Part shown: positions 1 through 11,133 of the stretch, one piece after another
How positions within the stretch are numbered: the first letter of the stretch is position 1
Layout of the letters: each line of letters begins with the position of its first letter
Source of the DNA: Eledone cirrhosa
Lineage: Eukaryota
DNA: 64,000 nt
Assembly: GCA_964016885.1 (NCBI GenBank)
Contig: OZ024745.1
Location: 17,236,001-17,300,000, forward strand
Direction of reading: 5' to 3'
Made by a program: the position numbers and the translations under genes
Notes under the pieces: generated by a model
Seen by the model: only the letters and a program-made list of their open reading frames with translations
Databases searched by the model: none
What the model was told of the DNA's origin: nothing

Positions 1-149
1 TAATTATAAAAAGTGTGTCAATAATAGTCCTACCTCTCACGTGAATCTTGTTTTTATCAGTTAAAACGATCCTTTCATTATATTCATCCATACTTCTTAT
101 TATAAAGTTGATTTCTCCTCTGATATACATCAACATGATCATCATGCTC

Positions 150-431
150 CCGGAACTGGTGCAGCCGTTGGTCTCTATTCTCCATCATGTGTAGAAACGT
201 ATCTATGTTGTGACTAGTTAAGTCTTTGATGTTGTCCGATCATGATCTACTTTGTCTCCCTTTTCTTCGCCCTCCCTCGACTGTGCCCTGAAGGATGGTT
301 TTGGAGAAGAAGTTGTGACGTGATATATGACCATACCAGGCAGTGTTTCGTCTTTTCGCTGTTCCAAGACTTGTTTCCTCTATGTCAGCATATTTGATAA
401 CTTGCCTCACAAAGCTGTTTGTTATGTACAA
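150..431 (-). mobile_element. RTE-clade non-LTR retrotransposon, 3' end fragment
   Basis: Translation KRRNTAWYGHISRH..SKTILQGTVEGGRRKGRQSRS*SDNIKD matches the RTE C-terminal WxGH...G.R.RGR...W.D motif, with an in-frame stop. Confidence 0.8.
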
Positions 432-1139
432 TCATTAGATTTACGATGAACAGTCCAGTACAGTCTGAAAAACTAATTTGGAATATAGACTTTCAAATAT
501 TGTACATACATTTTATTGAATATTTATATACAGGTATTACTTTAATGATCACCGACTTGAAAATATTACTTAACGTCATGCATGCGGAGACATGCATAAT
601 TTCCATAATGAAAAAAGAAAAAATGTATTCCTCAATCATGCATTAATGTTATGATAATTTTATAGGTGAATGGATTTTCAGATATATTTTCCCCGCGCAA
701 TTTTATCAAGAACGAATAGAGATAATTGTAATATGTGTACTAGGTTAGAAACATACAATAACTCTATCGAACGCACATAAATAAAGGGTAAGAAAAAAAA
801 AGTCTATATTATTTCCCATGTTGAATTTTAAAAAATCCAATTGAAGGGTTATTCTTCTGTGTCAAATATTTCTGTTTCGATGCAAATTCAATTACTACTA
901 ATAACTTAGCTTATACTTAAATGGTTATACTTAAATGAATTATCAAGCGAAAGTACTTCAGTGTCAAAGAAGAAAGTCTCTACACTTTCTCGAAATTTGC
1001 TGGAATTAGTAACCAAATCTTTCAAAAATCGCGCCAAACTGTCGGAAATAATGGATCACTAAATATATTTAATTAGAACTGACCTGAAATCTGAAGAAAT
1101 TCTGACCTGACAGACCAGCTGTTACATGGTCGGCCAAAA

Positions 1140-1404
1140 TGATGTCGCTTGCTCTGATCGATCAACAAGATCTTAGTTTTCAATCGCTTGCCAATTGGGA
1201 TGGACCTCGTTAAATCGGACCAAGGAAACAATATTTCCATTGGTCTCTCCATTCCATTGTTGATACTATCTACTGGTCGCAAATCCTTCTGCCAGGATTT
1301 GTGACCGGTAAATTGTCTTGCTCAAGGACACAGCTCATCAACCCCTCCGAGAATTGAACTCGCCACGTCAGCATTGTGAATTCAACATTCTAACCCCTAA
1401 GCCT
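1140..1404 (-). mobile_element. degenerate tRNA-derived SINE
   Basis: Minus strand has a B-box-like GAGTTCAATTCT followed by GTGTCCTTGAGCAAGACA, a widespread SINE core motif. The left boundary is uncertain. Confidence 0.5.
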
Positions 1405-2461
1405 TCACAATATGATGTAAATAATGAAATATCTCCCTAAAACAATTCCATCGTGAATATTGAATTGACTGTGGACAGTGCAGTTTTACATACATCTAAA
1501 TAAACGAGTTGCTCAAATGTGGAACTCATTCGACTGAAACTATTTACCAAGTGGACGTATGTTCATGTGGATAAGGCGTTTGATTAGTATTCATGAAGAT
1601 TCGTATGCTATAACAATGTAATATATCTTTGAGACAGTTCATTTCATAATACCATATCATAACATAAATATTATAAGTGATATTGAGTAGAAGGAAACAC
1701 TGTCAAAGCTAGCTGTTTGATTCGTATCTATAATTTAAAGCACTCGGCTATACCACATGTTGTTTCGGTGATCAATTTGAGATTTATAATTTGATCACAC
1801 GTGTCTTTAAAATAAGCAACTGATTAGGGATTAATTTCTCGAGCGGGAATTTAAGGGAATCAAACAACAGAATGCGCCTTGTCGAAACAGATAGCCAATT
1901 CGTATGTTATACGATCCCATACGATTTAGGGCTAAATAAAAGCTTCATGATTTTATTCGTGCTCAGAGATTTAGACTGGCTTAAAATGTTTTAATTTTGC
2001 ATTCGCTATTACCAATAACATAACTGAATAACTGGTCAACGACCTTTGTATACTCAAAGTAAATGAACACCTCTTAATTTCGTAAATTTAATATTAAATC
2101 GTATTGCGATATCATATGTGGTAGTAATATATGGCTGAAGACATAACACGTCTAGGAAATAGTATTGATTTAGCCATATAACACAGATTTTAATTCAGTA
2201 GAGATTCTAATTTAATGGCTGCGTTTTCAATATATTCATTAACGAGTAATTATAACCGATTAGATTCCAGCATCAATTCCCTAGATGTATAGAAATGATT
2301 TAGTTAATTAACTATGAAATGAAATCACTAAATTGATTGTTTACATATAGAGTAATAGATTATCTGCAAGATAATGTAATCTTCAATATCGTGTGATGAT
2401 CTCGACTGCATCTGTAACAACTCATCCCATAAATATATCAAATGGCTTTCTCATATTTTAG

Positions 2462-2548
2462 GCTGAGCTTTATAGTGAGTTCTACCTTGCTGGTAGTAAG
2501 GAAAGTGTTTGGGTTTTTGAAGACATGGTTTGTGAAGAGAAAAATCAG
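2462..2548 (+). CDS. candidate internal host exon (unidentified gene)
   Basis: Acceptor tttctcatattttag, donor CAG|gtaatc, 87 nt, open in two frames (LSFIVSSTLLVVRKVFGFLKTWFVKRKI or AELYSEFYLAG...). No homology recognised. Confidence 0.35.
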
Positions 2549-3205
2549 GTAATCTAACATCCGCAATAATGAGGAAGTATTTCTTACAAGCAGCAGCAGC
2601 CGTGGTATGACAGCAGATAATATTATCATACTAAAGGAATAGAAACATAGAAGCTGTTTCAGAAGCAATAGTCATTTGGCAGTCTATGCGTGAACAACGA
2701 TAATAAATATATATTATTGTATAAAACTGCCAGATAATTAAGGCCATATTAAATGTACATCTCCAATAGGGATTCCAGCAATGTGAGAAATAGTGTAGTG
2801 ATTTAGGTACGCAGGACGTTATATAATCTGATGAGTTCTAAGCAACAACCATCTTTATTTGTTTAATATTGGGCACAGCAGAAATAACCAAGATTCTATT
2901 AAATATACTGAAATTCACCTTCACATGGTAACAGTCTAAATCCTATCCTTAACTGCATCGAGTCTCAATTTATAATATTTGAAAATTTGACAAAATATTT
3001 CTCGAGAAGATGATTTCCAATCATTTCCTATAGTCAAATGTATTACACGCACTATATTTAGTAGTTATTTATTATATTATACACGTGTTTAATCAGTCGC
3101 TTAAATACTACATAGTACAAATATGTCGTATGCAAATCTACTGCCCATATCTCTATGGTAGTACAAATTATATATATTCAGCACCTACTTATTTTTTTCC
3201 GACAG

Positions 3206-3287
3206 AGCTGTTTTGCTACAACATGGCTTAGAGGTAGCAGCTAGCGGTACGGCCGTCAGATATAATAATTATTTGCTATATATGTGA
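3206..3287 (+). CDS. candidate host exon, phase-compatible with 2462-2548
   Basis: Acceptor ttatttttttccgacag. Joined to the previous exon it reads ...KRKI-R-AVLLQHGLEVAASGTAVRYNNYLLYM*. Confidence 0.25.
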
Positions 3288-3758
3288 GATTCTGCTGATG
3301 AATGGAATAAGCTGGAGAAACAAATAACCTTGAGACTAACATCGTTAAGCTCATAGCTATAAGGGAAACTCTCACATCCCAGTGAACTCGTTACTACGTG
3401 GTGAGTAACAGACACTTCTAAAAAAAAGTCTAGTCTTCACGGGTCTGATAGAATTAAAATCAACACTATGGCTATTGTATACAAACTATATAACCAGCTT
3501 GATTCGCCTGTTCTTTGACTATTATGTTAAAACTAAACTTTGTTCTCAAAGCATCCCGATTCCATACGACCGTTAGGTAACACCCCCCCCCCCCCGTCAT
3601 CGTACCTCTGATTTTTTGGAGTTTGTATACTTATTATGTATTTTCTTATAGACGTCGCCCTTAAGACATTGTTGATAATTCAGGAAATTATTGCGATGTT
3701 AAATTTAAGAGTCTGATACAAATTTATTTAAACTTCAAAATGGACATCAACTGTATGA

Positions 3759-3850
3759 ACAACAACAGCAGCAATGCAATTAGCACCACGACGACCACCA
3801 CCACCACCAACAACAACAACAGCAGCAATACAATTAGCACGACGACGACG

Positions 3851-3882
<32 letters not shown>

Positions 3883-4114
3883 CAGCAGCAATACAATTAG
3901 CACCACCACCACGACCAACAACAACAACAACAACAACAGCAGCAATACAATTAGCACCACGACGACCACAACCACCACCAACAACAACAGCAGCAATACA
4001 ATTAGCACGACGACCACAACCACCAACAACAACAACAACAGCAGCAATAGAATTAGCACGACGACCACAACCACCAACAACAACAACAACAGCAGCAATA
4101 CAATTAGCACGACG

Positions 4115-4146
<32 letters not shown>

Positions 4147-4240
4147 CAGCAGCAATACAATTAGCACCACGACGACCACAACCACCACCAACAACAACAA
4201 CAGCAGCAAAACAATTAGCACGACGACGACCACCACCACC

Positions 4241-4288
<48 letters not shown>

Positions 4289-4381
4289 ACAATTAGCACC
4301 ACGACGACCACAACAAAGCCAAAACGATCAACGCCAACAAATCCCACAATAACAATATCAATCACAACAAAAACAACAACC
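3759..4381. repeat. compound trinucleotide minisatellite (AAC)n-AGCAGCAATACAATTAGC-(ACG/ACC)n
   Basis: About 10 units of ~55-70 bp with a fixed anchor and variable triplet runs. Confidence 0.9.
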
Positions 4382-4495
4382 ATGTCGACGGCAATATTTT
4401 GTCAGTCAAATTTAGCTCAAAAATGTCTGTACTACGTTCTATTCAGAGCCGCATATAAACATAATAATGCAAAGAAAGAATTCTACTTCATAGAT

Positions 4496-4612
4496 TAATT
4501 GTTTCTACTTTTGGCACAAGGCCAGCAATTACCCAGTACATTACTGGTACTTTATTTATCGACCTCGTAAGCATGAAAGGCAAAGTTAACCTCGGCGGGA
4601 TTTGAACTCAGA
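4496..4612 (-). mobile_element. tRNA-derived SINE, partial
   Basis: Reverse complement of the family at 53079 and 58208 (GAGTTCAAATCCCGCCGAGGTTAACTTTGCCTTTCAT...AAAGTACCAGTAATGTACTGGG). Confidence 0.85.
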
Positions 4613-5000
4613 ATGATAGATGATTGTTAGATATGTTTGATGTCCTGCATATATACATAAATAGTATTTTGATACAGAAGCTGGAGGGAATTTTGGAAAC
4701 GATAAGTACGACAAGGAAAAGAATGGTTATATAGTTACAATATTTTAGTATCTGTGAAAGATGATTTATTACCCAATATAAAATATAGCAAAGAAAGAGA
4801 AAATGTGGCGATTGTGAAATATGTCTTAAAATTCAAATGACATTAAGAAACGTGCAATTTGGTGGTATTTCTTACATTACTACACTAGATAACTGAAGAT
4901 AATGTATTTTAGCAAAAATTACAGCTATTCGCTTCTACATTATTACATAAAACAGAGCTTAGCATGGAGTTTTATACGGACGTTTGCTCAATATTACAAC

Positions 5001-5083
5001 TCCCAGCTAGCAGGAGCGGGTGCTGATGGTCTCCGACCAGGCCACCTCAAGGAATTACTATCCCCCCTTTCTGCTGATGTTGG
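5001..5083 (+). mobile_element. short CRE-like RT N-terminal motif fragment
   Basis: GC-rich island encoding GAGADGLRPGHLKELL, resembling the G.DGLRP.HL motif upstream of non-LTR RT domain 1. Confidence 0.55.
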
Positions 5084-5099
5084 GTTTGAATAGTTTTTA

Positions 5100-5833
5100 G
5101 GATTCTCCGGTTCAGCAGCCAGTACGTTAAAGACATTTGATAGTTACAACAATAAGGGCTGAACAGAGAACAAACTTTTTAACAAACTTTACAATAATTT
5201 GTACAACCATAATGGAAATTCCAAGTAACAGGATATACATAAATTACATTGTTAGAGCCTCAGAGTACACAATGTTTTTCGTTCTGCCCTCGGGAGCAAA
5301 GATGAAGAGATTGTTTGGCGAGCTCACTCTAGAGCATCCTACATACAATTGACCATGGGAGAAGCATGGTTTACCCAGATGAACGCCAGCCACTTTTAGG
5401 GTTTCACCCTGAGCTTTGTTGATGGTAATCGCGAAGCTTAGCCTTATTGGAAACTGAAGTCGCTTGAACTGAAAATGTAAGTCGGCTGGCAGCAACGGGA
5501 TGCGAAGAATAAATACATCTTCTCCCCTACCAACTTCAGTCATTATTGTGGCTTCAATGACAGGACGCAGCATCTGCTTGACTGCAAGTCGTGTGCCATT
5601 GCAGAGCTTTAACATGTTTTCTTTTGGAAAATCGGATCTTGTGGCCAGGACTTTTTGGGTGGCATATCGGCAGTAACAATGACGATAAGATTTCGTACAG
5701 TCGAAATAAATGTAAACAAATCTATGCATAATTAACGAAATAATTACAATGTTTGTTTATATTTTGCTTTTGTAGTTCTGTTTCCCGATGTATTGTGTGT
5801 TTGTATATGCAAAAATATCTGTACCCGAATATA

Positions 5834-5898
<65 letters not shown>

Positions 5899-6390
5899 TT
5901 AAAAGTTGGTTTGACAGGCAGCCAGCCAGAGAAAAATGATGAGGGGTTATAGCTATATATCTATCTAAAAAGATAGAGAAAGAAAGAGAGAGGAACGTCG
6001 TATTATATATATTATATATAATAAAATACCAGTAATGCACTGGAATAATTGGTAGCCTTGTGCCAAAAGTAGAAACAATTATACTTCTTTGTATACAAGT
6101 GTAAATAACATGTGTATGCATATATACACACACTCACAGATAGCGAAGTCAATGTATAGAATGGTTTTCATATTGCAGACAGCAGACATACCGAGACATA
6201 TTATATGGGCGCGACGTTATAGCTATGTATCTATCTAAAAAGACAGACGAAGAAAGAGAGAGGAATGTCGTATAAATGATCGCTAACCGGATGGAAAGAG
6301 TTACATCTGTGGTGATAATTTGGTGCCGTTTGATCAAGCAATTTGGCGAAAAGGTTGTTACATACATACGGCCGTCAGCTTTATTAATAT
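5100..6390 (-). mobile_element. internally deleted Helitron retaining the PIF1 helicase C-terminus (5244-5612)
   Basis: KLCNGTRL, FKRLQFPIRLSFAITINKAQGETL and FSHGQLYVGCSRV are Helitron/PIF1 motifs. A Helitron-like 5' region (TAATAAAGCTGA..GTATGTATGT) lies near 6390. The boundaries are less certain than the helicase call. Confidence 0.8.
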
Positions 6391-6679
6391 ATATATATAT
6401 ATATATATATGAAAATGTATGACCCCGACGGCAGAGCTCAAACCGTGTAAATACAATTAAGTCTATCATGACAGTCGGTGCGAGTTGGGGGTGGCTGAAC
6501 TTTCCTGTAGAATAATGTGGGAGTGAGTGGAACCGGTCAAGCGTTGAAAGTGAATTCTATACAGCAAATTCTAAGGATTGTGTATGAAGCTTGGCTAGAG
6601 GAACTAGGCGAAAAAGGATTCTAGAGAAAATAGAGAAGGGACGTTATAGAATAGGTATATCAATTGAGATTAGAAGATA

Positions 6680-8170
6680 CCATGACCCACAATCGGTGGT
6701 TCCTGCCCTGAGGTAAATCGGCCTCCAGGTCAACTCGGCCAAGTTGGAGGTGGTGAATGTCAGCCACGATGCTGAGAGCTTTCCAGCCTCCGTCTCGGAC
6801 GTGCGGTCTATCTCCACCAGGTACAGGTGACACCCAAAGGGGATATCCTCATCCTCGGGTCACCAATCCTACCGCTGGCCATCCGCTCCACCATCAGGTC
6901 CGGGCTTCAACAACTCCAGACTCTCACAGACCTACTGAGCTTGATCGACGGCTCTTTCTGTTGAGGAACTGCTTCGCCATGCCGAAGCTCCTCTATACCC
7001 TTCGCAGAGCTCTGTGCTACACCCACACATCTCCCCTCGCTGACCTCGATACTTGTATCCGAGCAGCAGTCGAGGAGATATGTAACGTCAAGTTTGACGA
7101 CATTGGATGGCAACAAGCCACTTTACCTGTCAGGTATGGCGGCCTTGGTCCCCGGTCCCTGATCTCGCACCCTTTGCCGGCGTATCTTTCCTCGGTAACC
7201 TCGTGCCGACCGTGTCCTCGTCAGCAGAGTTCTTCAAACCACAATAGAACCCTCTGTGTTCAGAGAAGGTGAGGCCGCCCGTGAGACGTGGGACCGGCTG
7301 GGACTTAGACGTGTGACCGGCTGGGACATAGACGTGTGACCGGCTGAGACTTAGCCCAGTAGACGTCCCTCTTCCTTCTCCCCCTGTTGACGTCAAGTCC
7401 CCCCAAAGCACATGGGATGCCACCCAGTGCAGCCTGGCCTCAGACAGGCTCACGCGCAAGCTCGACAGGCACCGCCTTGCCTGCTTTCGTGCGGCCTCCA
7501 AACCCCACAGTGGTACCTGGCTCCATGCCCTGCCCTCCTTATCCACTGGCACGCAGCTAGACAACAATAGCCTGCGCATCGGCGTTTCCTTGAGGATCGG
7601 CTTCCGGTTCTGAGAGCCACACCAACGTCGCTGCGGATCCACCGTGGACTCTTTCGGCCTCCACCAGCTTTCCTGTCGCCACAGAGCCGGCCGCCTTCAA
7701 CGCCATGCTGCCCTCAACGAGATCATAAAGCATGGCTTGGGCGCTGCGGGCTTCCCTTCCCAGCTCAAGCCGGTGGGGCTGGACCGAAGGGACGGCAAAA
7801 GGCCAGATGGCATGACCATCTTCCCGTTCCGCGGTCGCAAACTCCTCGTCTGGGATACTACTTGCACCAACACTTTCTGCAGCCGCAACCTGGTGCAGTC
7901 TGCAGCTAACCCAGTTTCTGCTGCACATCGGGCTGCGGAGGCCAGGCTCCTCAAATACCGGTCGCTCTCCGATAGGTTTGCGGTTGTAGCCATGGCAGGG
8001 GAGACTTCTGGTGTCCTCGGCCCTAGGGCTACCTCCCTACTCACCACCATAGGCGCTGAGCTGGCCAGCCGCAGGTGTGAACCCCGCTAGTTTCAGTAAC
8101 TTTTCCAGCGCGTCGCCCTTGGCATCCTCCGTGGGAACGCCTTCTCCATCCTGTCCGCCGGGGCTGTGAA
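6680..8170 (+). pseudogene. CRE-clade non-LTR retrotransposon, RT C-terminus, zinc knuckle and restriction-like endonuclease, disrupted
   Basis: IGLQVNSAK, LLRNCFAMPKLLYTLR, WQQATLPVRYGGLG, C..GLHQLSC, RHAALN, GKRPDG..LVWDTTC, ETSGVLG, LRGNA. Stops and frameshifts are present. Confidence 0.85.
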
Positions 8171-8617
8171 GGAGGGGGGAGGGACATCGCGTAATATTCC
8201 ATATTTTGGTTTCCCCATAGTTATTGTTTAGCCATTAGTCGCCACATGGCATTCATTTATTACCACATTCCTATAGGTATTAGTACTAATACTATCACTA
8301 CTATTACCATTACAACCATTACTATTAATATTATCTTCTAATCTCAATTAATTTACCTATTCTATAACGTCCCTTCTTTATTTTTTCTAGAATCCTTTTT
8401 CGCCTACATCCTCTAGCCTAGTTTCATACACAATCCTTAGAATTTGGTGTATAGAATTCATTTTCAATCCTTGACCGGCTCCACCCACTCCCGCATTGTT
8501 CTATAGGCAGGTTCAGCCACGCCCACCTCCCACCCACTGCCATGATAGACTTAATTGTGTTAACAAGAAATGTTTACCAATTCTCTTGACAACTACAATC
8601 TTCCCATATAAGGAATT

Positions 8618-8714
8618 ACCCTCCTGATCAGTTAGGCTATTTACTTACCACGCTAAAAATTATAATTTAGTCCAGAAATAGCCGTCTAAACGTCTTGAGC
8701 TCTGCCGTCGGGGT
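8618..8714 (+). ncRNA. degenerate type I hammerhead ribozyme (related to family A)
   Basis: Collinear with family A, but the core boxes are mutated (CTGATCA; TAAA in place of GAAA). Confidence 0.55.
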
Positions 8715-8811
8715 CATATATTTTCCTATTACCCACTCTACTAGTGTAAGTATTGAGTACTCTGGTGCGTTATGGTCCATCTGGTTCCTTACCAAAACTC
8801 CTTCGCTATAT

Positions 8812-8914
<103 letters not shown>

Positions 8915-9392
8915 AAAGAGAAAACCCAGATAAGCATTAAAAAAAGGGTTTTATCCAGGTATTTACGACCGTTTCATTGGTAACTGCAACATTATATTGC
9001 TATACTGCAAATAGCAGCCACTCGATAATACATGTTATTCACCTCCAAATTTTCAAAATAATGAATAAGTTACTCGTAAAAGGTTCTAATAAATAAAATA
9101 AGATTTTTTTGGAATTGTATTTACTAGTATAGAGAGAGAGGAAGGGGGAGAAGAAACAGGAAGTAGGGAGACAAACGGAGTAGTATAGGTTTTTTCGTTG
9201 TTCTGGTCCTAGCGGCTCGCTTTTCGGTCGCTGGCTTCAATTTGCATAGCTGTCTAAACGTAATGTTATAACTCTAAGGTAAAATTCCTTATTGAGTGCT
9301 TCTGTCTGCACTTCCCGACAGCATTCGTTAGCTTGCCCGCAACCAGAGCTTCGATCATGTTGTACTACTTTCTTTTATATATTATATATATA

Positions 9393-9468
<76 letters not shown>

Positions 9469-9559
9469 CGAAGGAAATGTGGTAAGGAACCAGGTGGACC
9501 ATAACGCACCAGAGTACTCAATACTTGGGGTAGTAGAGTGGGTAATAGGAACCAGTAAG

Positions 9560-9653
9560 AACCCGACGGCTGAGCTCAAGCCGTTTCGACGGCTACTTCG
9601 GGACTAAATGAAAATTTATCCTGGTATTTAAATAGCCGATCTTCTCAAGGGGT
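9560..9653 (-). ncRNA. type I hammerhead ribozyme, family A (U3-A8 core)
   Basis: Reverse complement reads ACCCC-TTGAGAA-GATCGGCTA...TAGCCGTC-GAAA-CGGCTTGAGCTCAGCCG-TC-GGGTT. Confidence 0.8.
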
Positions 9654-10854
9654 AATTCCATATATGGTCAAAGCGATTGTCAAAAGTCAGTAGTAATTCT
9701 GTGATTGCAAATTAGTAGGGGAGATGGTGGCTAAACCTGCCAGTAGGAGAAAAGGGGGGGAGTAGACCCAATCAAGCGTTGGTAGTGCCAGCTACAGCTG
9801 GGCATGAGGTCAAAGAAGATACTGGGGAGGGTGAGGGGGAGGAGGTCGGAACGGTAGGTAGAACAATGAGGGGTAAAAATATATATGAAAGAAAAAATCC
9901 TGAGAGTGAAGAAAAGCGAATAAGTGTAGAGAAAAAAGTAAAGCAAGTTCTACGACCTAAGTCTCTAGCTATTGTTAGGCTAGATAAATAAATAATAAAT
10001 AAAGAAAGAAAGAAGTAAAGAAAGAAATAAAGAAATAACGAAATAAGTAAATAAGTAAATGAACTAGGTGGGACGGGATAGGCAAGGACCCTTTTAAGAG
10101 GTATAAGTACGTAAATAATACAGTGACGGGTCAACAAATGGGGCCAAAATACTAAAGAGACTACCACGAAATAAATAATAAAGGTTTCTATCCCGGGCAC
10201 AATGCCAGCAACCACCCAGTGCAGCAAAGTAAACTAGTACGAGATAATAATTCTGAGTCCCGAAAAAAATATATACTAATGCTAACTCTAAAAGATCTTA
10301 TACAAGCTACATGAAAGTTCGTACGAAGTAAAGGTAGAATACGGAAAAATAAATTCAGAATCCACCCCGCCCAAAAGAAAAGCGAAGAAAAAAATACTGA
10401 AACGAGAAAAAGGCATAAGTGCCACTAAGTAATATAGAAGGCACGGAAAATAGTGGGAGCGGTCGGAAAAGGGGGCAAGTATCCGGGGTCTAAACCAACT
10501 GCTATAAAAAGCGGAGTCCGCCAAATCTATCATAGACTACGGGAGGAGGTGGGGTACTAAGGCTACAAAGGGGCCAAAGTGTTCTTATTCGCTTTTCTTC
10601 ACTCTCAGTATTTTTTCTTTCATATATATTTTTACCCCTCATTGTTCTACCTACCGTTCCGACCTCCTCCCCTCCCCCTCCCCAGTATCTTCTTTGACCT
10701 CATGCCCAGCTGTAGCTGGCACTACCAACGCTTGATTGGGTCCACCCCCCCCCTCTTTCTCCTACTGGCAGGTTTAGCCACCATCTCCCCTACTAATTTG
10801 CAATCACAGAATTACTACTGACTTTTGACAATCGCTTTGACCATATATGGAATT

Positions 10855-10948
10855 AACCCTTGAGAAGATCGGCTATTTAAATACCAGGATAAATTTTCAT
10901 TTAGTCCAGAATTAGCCGTCGAAACGGCTTGAGCTCAGCCGTCGGGGT
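10855..10948 (+). ncRNA. type I hammerhead ribozyme, family A
   Basis: AACCC-TTGAGAA-stem II-GAAA-CGGCTTGAGCTCAGCCG-TC-GGGGT. Predicted cleavage after 10943. Confidence 0.85.
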
Positions 10949-11133
10949 CTTACCGGTTCCTATTACCCACTCTACTACCCCAAGTATTGAGTACTTTGGT
11001 GCGTTATGGTACACCTGGTTCCTTACCACATTTCCTTCGTTATCTAGCTCCTATTCCCGTAGTAGAGCACTTTTTGACACTACCACGCCGTATCCAGACT
11101 TTTCCGCTAAGCTCAATTCATTTCACCCGCACC

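Larger units (their letters stand above)
6411..8806 (+). mobile_element. PLE-type insertion (inverted pLTR arms 6411-6679 and 8332-8722) enclosing a CRE fragment
   Basis: The arms are diverged reverse complements, both ends abut (TA)n, and the 3' part is homologous to the Naiad pLTR at 10855-11040. Confidence 0.8.

Noticed and set aside
2828-3335. CTGATGA...GAAA pairs at 2828 and 3295 as hammerheads
   Set aside because: No convincing stem I or II and no PLE context.
3759-4381. CRISPR-like array of constant anchor plus variable spacers
   Set aside because: The spacers are only triplet runs, the DNA is eukaryotic and there are no cas genes.
5244-5729. Host PIF1 helicase gene
   Set aside because: Intronless C-terminal fragment only, inside Helitron-like flanks, and the ORF start is unrelated sequence.
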